Shown here: in pieces, positions 59,010-64,000 of the stretch | Layout of the letters: every line of letters begins with the position of its first letter | Position numbering within the stretch: the stretch's first letter is position 1 | DNA from: Myxococcota bacterium | Lineage (GTDB): Bacteria; Myxococcota_A; Bradymonadia; UBA7976; UBA1532 | DNA: 64,000 nt | Assembly (NCBI GenBank): GCA_036337435.1 | Contig: JAYZEG010000024.1 | Location: 32,499-96,498 of the forward strand | Direction of reading: 5' to 3' | The notes under the pieces: model-generated | Databases searched by the model: none | What the model saw: the letters and a program-made list of their open reading frames with translations, nothing else | Told to the model about the DNA's origin: nothing | Translations under genes and position numbers: made by a program

Positions 59010-59819
59010 ATGTTTCGCTTCATTTCATTGACCGCGTCCCTGCTTTTTTTTGCGGTTTTCCTCGCTTCGTCTGCCTACGCGCAAGACGATGACATGTCTC
59101 TTTCACTCGATGAGGTCACCGGTGGAGATGAGAGCAGCCTGAGCGATGGCAGTGACTCGGATGAACTCGAGTTTGAGATCATTGATACAGAAAAAACAGC
59201 CAAGGCTGTCGAGGCGCAGAAACGGGCTGAGCTAGACCTCATCCGCGTCATCCAGCGCCGACCATTCTTGCGACGTAAACGATTTGAAATCGCACCCAGT
59301 CTGGGGACTAATATCAATGACAGTTTGGTCAGTTTTTTTATGGCAGGCGCATCGGCCACCTATCATGTGACCGAAGTCATGGCGATCGGCGCATCTGGGA
59401 CTTTTTCTCTCGGTTCTGAAACGGACCTTTTTGACCAAGTCATTACCGATTACGATGTTTTTCCAGAAGTCTCCAAAGTACAGTGGTCGGCTGCACTCGA
59501 TTTTCAATATGCCTTCATGTACGGCAAATTTGCGTTGTTTAACACGTGGATTATTCCTTGGGATACCTACGCTATACTTGGTGCCGGCGTAACTCAAACT
59601 CAGTTGGATGTGCACCCGACTTTGAGTGTTGGCATCGGCCAACGTTATTTCATGAATCGATGGTTCACGTTGAACCTTTCTCTGCGAGATGGTGTCTACA
59701 ACGAAGACTATCCGGGCGGCAGCGAGATCGTTAATAATTTGGTATTTAGTGCTGGCGTAAGTTTTTTTCTGCCACCGGACTTCAAGTATCAGCCACCGCG
59801 TCGTGTGAGGCGAAAGTAG
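59010..59819 (+). CDS. Myxobacterial-type outer-membrane beta-barrel protein (GltA/GltB/GltH-like)
   Basis: Signal peptide, IRVIQRRPFLRRKRFEIAP..NIND, YGKFALFN, C-terminal GVSFFLP. Confidence 0.75.
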   Translation: MFRFISLTASLLFFAVFLASSAYAQDDDMSLSLDEVTGGDESSLSDGSDSDELEFEIIDTEKTAKAVEAQKRAELDLIRVIQRRPFLRRKRFEIAPSLGTNINDSLVSFFMAGASATYHVTEVMAIGASGTFSLGSETDLFDQVITDYDVFPEVSKVQWSAALDFQYAFMYGKFALFNTWIIPWDTYAILGAGVTQTQLDVHPTLSVGIGQRYFMNRWFTLNLSLRDGVYNEDYPGGSEIVNNLVFSAGVSFFLPPDFKYQPPRRVRRK

Positions 59820-60632
59820 ATGAGATTGACCAACACACAGACGAGCCACTGCCACTCGGCGAAGACAAGAGTATTTGGTTCGGTTCGGAGTCTTTCACTG
59901 TTGCTTTCCATGCTTTTTGTGAGCTCGGTTCAGTTTGTCGCATTCGACGTTGAGGGTGCGAATATCCAAGGCCCCAAGCGGACAGCTTTGGAGAAATTGC
60001 AGTCGGGAGATGCAGTTCGTAATCGCTTCATGCTGCGGTCAGACAGGTTTGAAGTTGCACCCACCTTAGGCTTTACCCTAAATGACGCCTTTAGACGCAA
60101 CATGCTACTCGGCGTGGACTTTGACTTTAACTGGAGCGACAGTTGGGCTGTCGGTGCCGCGCTTCAGTACGGGCTGGGCATGGATTCAGCCCTCAAAGAG
60201 AGACTCGAGGCCGAGCGACCGGATCGGGTGAGTCAGGGGGGCTTCGCTGAATTAAAGTTGGCAGCGGCAGTTGAAGTAACCTACACGCCTATCTTTGGTA
60301 AATTGGCATTTTTGGGCCGTAAGGTCTTCGATTACGATACCCACCTAATCGCAGGTGCGGGTCTCGTCAGCGTGTCGGGAAATCCTGAGGTTGAAGAACT
60401 GTCACCGATGCTTGTCGGTGGGGTCGGTATCCGTTTCTTCATGAACCGGTCGTCGGCGATCTTGTTACAGTTTAAGAACCAATTATTCAGTTATGCGCTG
60501 AACGCGGTGGATGGTGGCTCGAGTGGAGGGGATGGAGCTAAAAGCGGTGCTGCCAGTGAATGGCGTAACACCCTGTCCGTGACAATCGGTTATAGCTTTT
60601 TCTTCCCAACTCAGCCCAAGGTCAGCAACTGA
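59820..60632 (+). CDS. Second myxobacterial-type outer-membrane beta-barrel protein (Glt-like)
   Basis: VRNRFMLRSDRFEVAP..TLNDAF, PIFGKLAFL, GYSFFFP; paralogous to the upstream gene. Confidence 0.75.
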   Translation: MRLTNTQTSHCHSAKTRVFGSVRSLSLLLSMLFVSSVQFVAFDVEGANIQGPKRTALEKLQSGDAVRNRFMLRSDRFEVAPTLGFTLNDAFRRNMLLGVDFDFNWSDSWAVGAALQYGLGMDSALKERLEAERPDRVSQGGFAELKLAAAVEVTYTPIFGKLAFLGRKVFDYDTHLIAGAGLVSVSGNPEVEELSPMLVGGVGIRFFMNRSSAILLQFKNQLFSYALNAVDGGSSGGDGAKSGAASEWRNTLSVTIGYSFFFPTQPKVSN

Positions 60633-60636
60633 TTTC

Positions 60637-62061
60637 GTGCATGCCGTAGGTAGAGCGCTGTTCGGCACCGTTTATCGGCGACTGGTCGCATTGGTCGTCG
60701 CTGTCAGTGCATTTTACACCCTATCCGGGCTCATCCTTAACTATATCGACAACTCCTGTTCATCGGCAGGACTCAGTCTTTTTCTCATCGCTTGTTGGTT
60801 TGTGACTGGCATCGCGACTGGGTTTGCGACGATTCTTTCACTGAGTGACCTATTGATAGGTCAGCGTTTCTTAGATGATTTCTTGACCGATGAAATGGCT
60901 CGGTTGGACGCCAGACTCAGTGATGAAAACCGCGATGATGATTTCATTGATGAAGAGTTTCTTAAAGGCGGTGCGAACGAGACTAAGTTTTCAATTTTAT
61001 TCCTGGTTTTTGCTGCGGTTCACTTAGTCACGGCCAATACACTGTCGGACCATTTTCTACAACGCTACATGCATTCTGGCCTCGCGCTCATCAAACTGCG
61101 AAGTGCCGATGAACTTAATCGTCGCCAAGGCTTAGACATGTTGGTCGAGAGACTCGACCTGAAGAGTACACCGGACATTGAACGGGCTGTCTTGTCGGCC
61201 TTGGACGACCCTATGGAAGGTGTTGTCGTGCGAGCCGCGCATATCGCGGGCACCTTGCAGATTGCAGCCGCCGCACCGAAACTCATTGAGCTGGTTGATG
61301 AAAGACCCGAATTGGCCTTTCCAGTGATGATTGCCATTGGGCAAATTGGTCCAGGGCCGACGACGGAATTAGCAGCACAACTGGTTTCGTCCGGGGCTGC
61401 GCGCGCCGAACCGGTCGCACAGGCCTACATGTTGGGCATGCTGAAGTCGACTGAGATCACCAGATTATTGGAAATCTTTCGCGCACCAAAAGCTGAGGAG
61501 GATGCACGGGTGGCAGCCATCTGGGCACTGGGGCAATTGAGAGATAATCGACTTCTCACAAGTTTAGCAGACGGTCTCAAAGATTCTGCGCTTCGTGTAC
61601 AATGCACCGCGATCGCAGCTCTGGCCAATTTGATTGCCACAGATGCAGCACCACCGCTCATGGATGCCTATTTAGCGGAGACAGACGTTCGAGCCCAGTG
61701 CCCTGAAACTCTGGTTCCCGTTCAGGAAGGGGGTCCAATTAAGATCGTCACAAAATACAGACTCAAACTATTTTCGATCATTCGGGCTCTAGCAACGACG
61801 GACCATCCAGATTTAATACCATGGTTGGTCAAGCACCAGAACGTATCCAAAGATTACAATACGAAAGTCTTAATGAAAAAGCTTTGGGAGAAGCTAAAAG
61901 CAAAGGATGCTCGAGGTGAACTCAATATGATTCGCCATAGGTTGCGGACGCGCAAAGCGCAAATGGCCGCCGAAAAGGGTGAAATTGATGAAGCGGTCGG
62001 AGACAAGCCGCCCAAAGTCAAGACGGGAGATAAGGGTGCAGACAGCAGACCAAAGCGGTAG
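60637..62061 (+). CDS. Membrane protein with HEAT-like repeats
   Basis: Three N-terminal TMs; ALDDP..VVVRAA, ARVAAIWALGQL, LKDSALRVQCTAIAALANL. Confidence 0.75.
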   Translation: MHAVGRALFGTVYRRLVALVVAVSAFYTLSGLILNYIDNSCSSAGLSLFLIACWFVTGIATGFATILSLSDLLIGQRFLDDFLTDEMARLDARLSDENRDDDFIDEEFLKGGANETKFSILFLVFAAVHLVTANTLSDHFLQRYMHSGLALIKLRSADELNRRQGLDMLVERLDLKSTPDIERAVLSALDDPMEGVVVRAAHIAGTLQIAAAAPKLIELVDERPELAFPVMIAIGQIGPGPTTELAAQLVSSGAARAEPVAQAYMLGMLKSTEITRLLEIFRAPKAEEDARVAAIWALGQLRDNRLLTSLADGLKDSALRVQCTAIAALANLIATDAAPPLMDAYLAETDVRAQCPETLVPVQEGGPIKIVTKYRLKLFSIIRALATTDHPDLIPWLVKHQNVSKDYNTKVLMKKLWEKLKAKDARGELNMIRHRLRTRKAQMAAEKGEIDEAVGDKPPKVKTGDKGADSRPKR

Positions 62062-64000
62062 GGTAGCGTCCAGTCGTCTTCCACAAATATGGGCTTTTGC
62101 TGGCGGTAAAGGCGGCGTCGGGAAATCCCTCGTCTGCGCATCTGCAGCCGTATCGTTGGCTCAGCAGGGTCTACGCGTGATTGCCCTAGATGCGGACCTG
62201 GGCGCGGCAAATCTTCATACGTTACTCGGGCTGCTGCATCCAGCGAGGACTGTCGCTGAATACTTTGAGTCTGATTCACTGTCCTTAGCCGATGTTTGTC
62301 TACCCACTCGAATACAAAATCTCACCCTCATCAGTGGTGCCTCATCAATTCTCGAATCGGTCAACCACGATTTTGAAATGCGCCGGACGTTTCTGAAAGA
62401 TTTGGTCGAACTCGATGCTGATGCGATTTTGATCGATCTTGGGGCTGGTGCTCACTATCCGACTCTGGACTTTTTCGCCATCGCGGGTCATCGAATTGTA
62501 GTGACCAGTCCAGAGCCAACGTCAATTCAGAACACGTATAGTTTTCTGAAAGCGGCGACCTATCGGCGGCTTGAGTTGGCGCATGGCAGCAATCCTGAGT
62601 TTCGGACATTGCTCCGGCGTGCTGTCAAAAGCGGTGGCGACAACAGAATCGAATCCATCAATGAGTTATTGGATCATGCAAGCCAACTGAGCTCTAGCTT
62701 ACGGGCGTCGCTCAAGAGTCGCTTAGATTCTGGTGTTCCAAAGCTCATCATTAATCAGTCGGGATTCGAAGATGAAAAACGCGTTTATAGCGCACTTGCC
62801 ATCGTGTGTACCAAGTATTTAGGGTTCAAGCCCTCGCATGTTGGCACTTTACCGGACGACCCGTCAGTGCGAGTGGCTGTTCGACGTATGCGACCTGTTT
62901 TGGTCGATGCCCCAGATAGTCCCTTCGGTGAATGTTTAGCTCGGTTAGTCACGTCAATTAAGGATGCGCCTGCGACCCCTGATCTTGACCTATTGCTCGC
63001 AGCTTCACAGACGATCGGACGCGGAACCGCTCTAACAGAGCTTGCCGATGAGCTCGAGGCGCGCCAGTCTCGACAGACACGTTCTAATGCCGCTCGTCCC
63101 AAAAGCTTGGCCGATGCGTTACGAGCAGCGTCAAATCACCCACCTGCCACAGAGCAGCCCTTGTCTGAACAAAAATCTGGTGCGCCAGATGTCGCTCCAG
63201 CTCCGGGTGCGCTCTTGGATCCGCACGAGGTAAAAAGGCCCCTGCAGACAATGACTGCAGAAACAGCGGACCTCAATCTTGACTCATTCGATGAGGCCAT
63301 TGATAGCCCGTTTACGGATTCGATTTCAGATTCTGTTCTCGATGACGTATCGGAGATTGAGGAAGATCAAGAGAGCAGGTCAGATGCCGACAATGTCGTC
63401 CTTGATTCTGCTGGGCTCGGGGAGTCCGAGGGTGATTCGGATGATTTCGCTGTTTCTGAAAAATCTGACGGGTTCGGCGAAGACGCGCAGTCAGACGATG
63501 CTGATGACATGCCAGTATCGGCAGTAGAGCCTGACGCTGCTGATGACATGCCAGCATCGGCAGTAGAGCCTGACGCTGCTGATGACATGCTAGTATCGGC
63601 AGTAGAGCCTGACGCTGCTGATGACACACCAGCCGCGGCAGTAGGGCCTGATGCTGACTTGGGTCAAGTAACCGCGTTGGATGGCGAAGAGGCACAGTCA
63701 GATGATGCTGACGACACACCAGCCGCGGCAGCAGAGCCTGACGCTGCTGATGACATGTCAGCCGCGGCAGGGGAGCCTGATTCTGACTTGGATGAATTAA
63801 CCGCGTTGGATGGCGAGGACGCCCAGTCAGATGATGCAGACGACACACCAGCCGCAGCGGTAGAGCCTGACGCTGCTGATGACACACCAGCCACGGCGGT
63901 AGAGCCTGACGCTGCTGATGACATGCCAGTATCGGCAGTAGAGCCTGACGCTGCTGATGACACACCAGCCGCGGCAGTAGGGCCTGATGCTGACTTGGAT
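62036..64000 (+). CDS. Second FlhG/MinD-family ATPase with long acidic repeat tail (partial, runs off the window)
   Basis: Translated by hand, open from GTG 62036 to the end: AGGKGGVGKS, DADLGAANLHTLLG, IDLGAG, PEPTSIQNTYSFLK; absent from the ORF track because there is no stop. Confidence 0.88.
   Translation, partial: MQTADQSGRVASSRLPQIWAFAGGKGGVGKSLVCASAAVSLAQQGLRVIALDADLGAANLHTLLGLLHPARTVAEYFESDSLSLADVCLPTRIQNLTLISGASSILESVNHDFEMRRTFLKDLVELDADAILIDLGAGAHYPTLDFFAIAGHRIVVTSPEPTSIQNTYSFLKAATYRRLELAHGSNPEFRTLLRRAVKSGGDNRIESINELLDHASQLSSSLRASLKSRLDSGVPKLIINQSGFEDEKRVYSALAIVCTKYLGFKPSHVGTLPDDPSVRVAVRRMRPVLVDAPDSPFGECLARLVTSIKDAPATPDLDLLLAASQTIGRGTALTELADELEARQSRQTRSNAARPKSLADALRAASNHPPATEQPLSEQKSGAPDVAPAPGALLDPHEVKRPLQTMTAETADLNLDSFDEAIDSPFTDSISDSVLDDVSEIEEDQESRSDADNVVLDSAGLGESEGDSDDFAVSEKSDGFGEDAQSDDADDMPVSAVEPDAADDMPASAVEPDAADDMLVSAVEPDAADDTPAAAVGPDADLGQVTALDGEEAQSDDADDTPAAAAEPDAADDMSAAAGEPDSDLDELTALDGEDAQSDDADDTPAAAVEPDAADDTPATAVEPDAADDMPVSAVEPDAADDTPAAAVGPDADLD
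63500..64000 (+). repeat. 39-bp coding tandem repeat (ADDMPVSAVEPDA-like), 10 copies in blocks of 4+2+4 separated by a 51-bp second repeat
   Basis: Units GCTGATGACATGCCAGTATCGGCAGTAGAGCCTGACGCT at 63500-63655, 63707-63784 and 63836-63991; spacers encode DL..xTALDGExAQSDD. Confidence 0.9.

Noticed and set aside
63312..63965. Minus-strand repeat ORFs and CRISPR-like appearance of the terminal repeats
   Set aside because: They are shadows of the + strand coding repeat; units are in-frame multiples of 3 with no unique spacers

Overview
Core-genome window from a Gram-negative bacterium of moderate GC content, most likely a deltaproteobacterial (Myxococcota-like) lineage. This is inferred from paired myxobacterial-type outer-membrane beta-barrels, Cys/Asp-repeat lipoproteins and the prfB-lysS-lolE-lolD-bamA-skp-lpxD-lpxA gene order. 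Bases 1-15.8 kb hold a flagellar cluster (flagellar operon protein, flgE, fliL-M-N-O-P-Q-R, flhB, flhA, flhF, an unknown ORF, flhG, fliA, then rpoZ and an isolated fliJ) with three sigma54-type promoters. The rest contains fabG, lipoproteins, ridA, hpf, a UbiA-family transferase, tRNA-Val(CAC), pnp, the envelope biogenesis operon, frameshifted prfB, lpoB, a DHH phosphoesterase, folE, def, a PilZ protein, a MoxR/DUF58 module, smc-ftsY and a second FlhG/MinD-like ATPase with an acidic tandem-repeat tail running off the end. The most striking unexplained feature is a ~440-nt non-coding, almost fully base-paired region between flgE and fliL. It has a GGA-rich (CsrA-site-like) 5' domain followed by an array of hairpins with unrelated stems but a shared ACCCA loop motif. 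Also notable is a membrane protein with presenilin/signal-peptide-peptidase-type motifs (FD, GxGD, PAL). No mobile elements, CRISPR arrays or rRNA were seen. All calls come from reading motifs by eye; no searches or folding programs were run.
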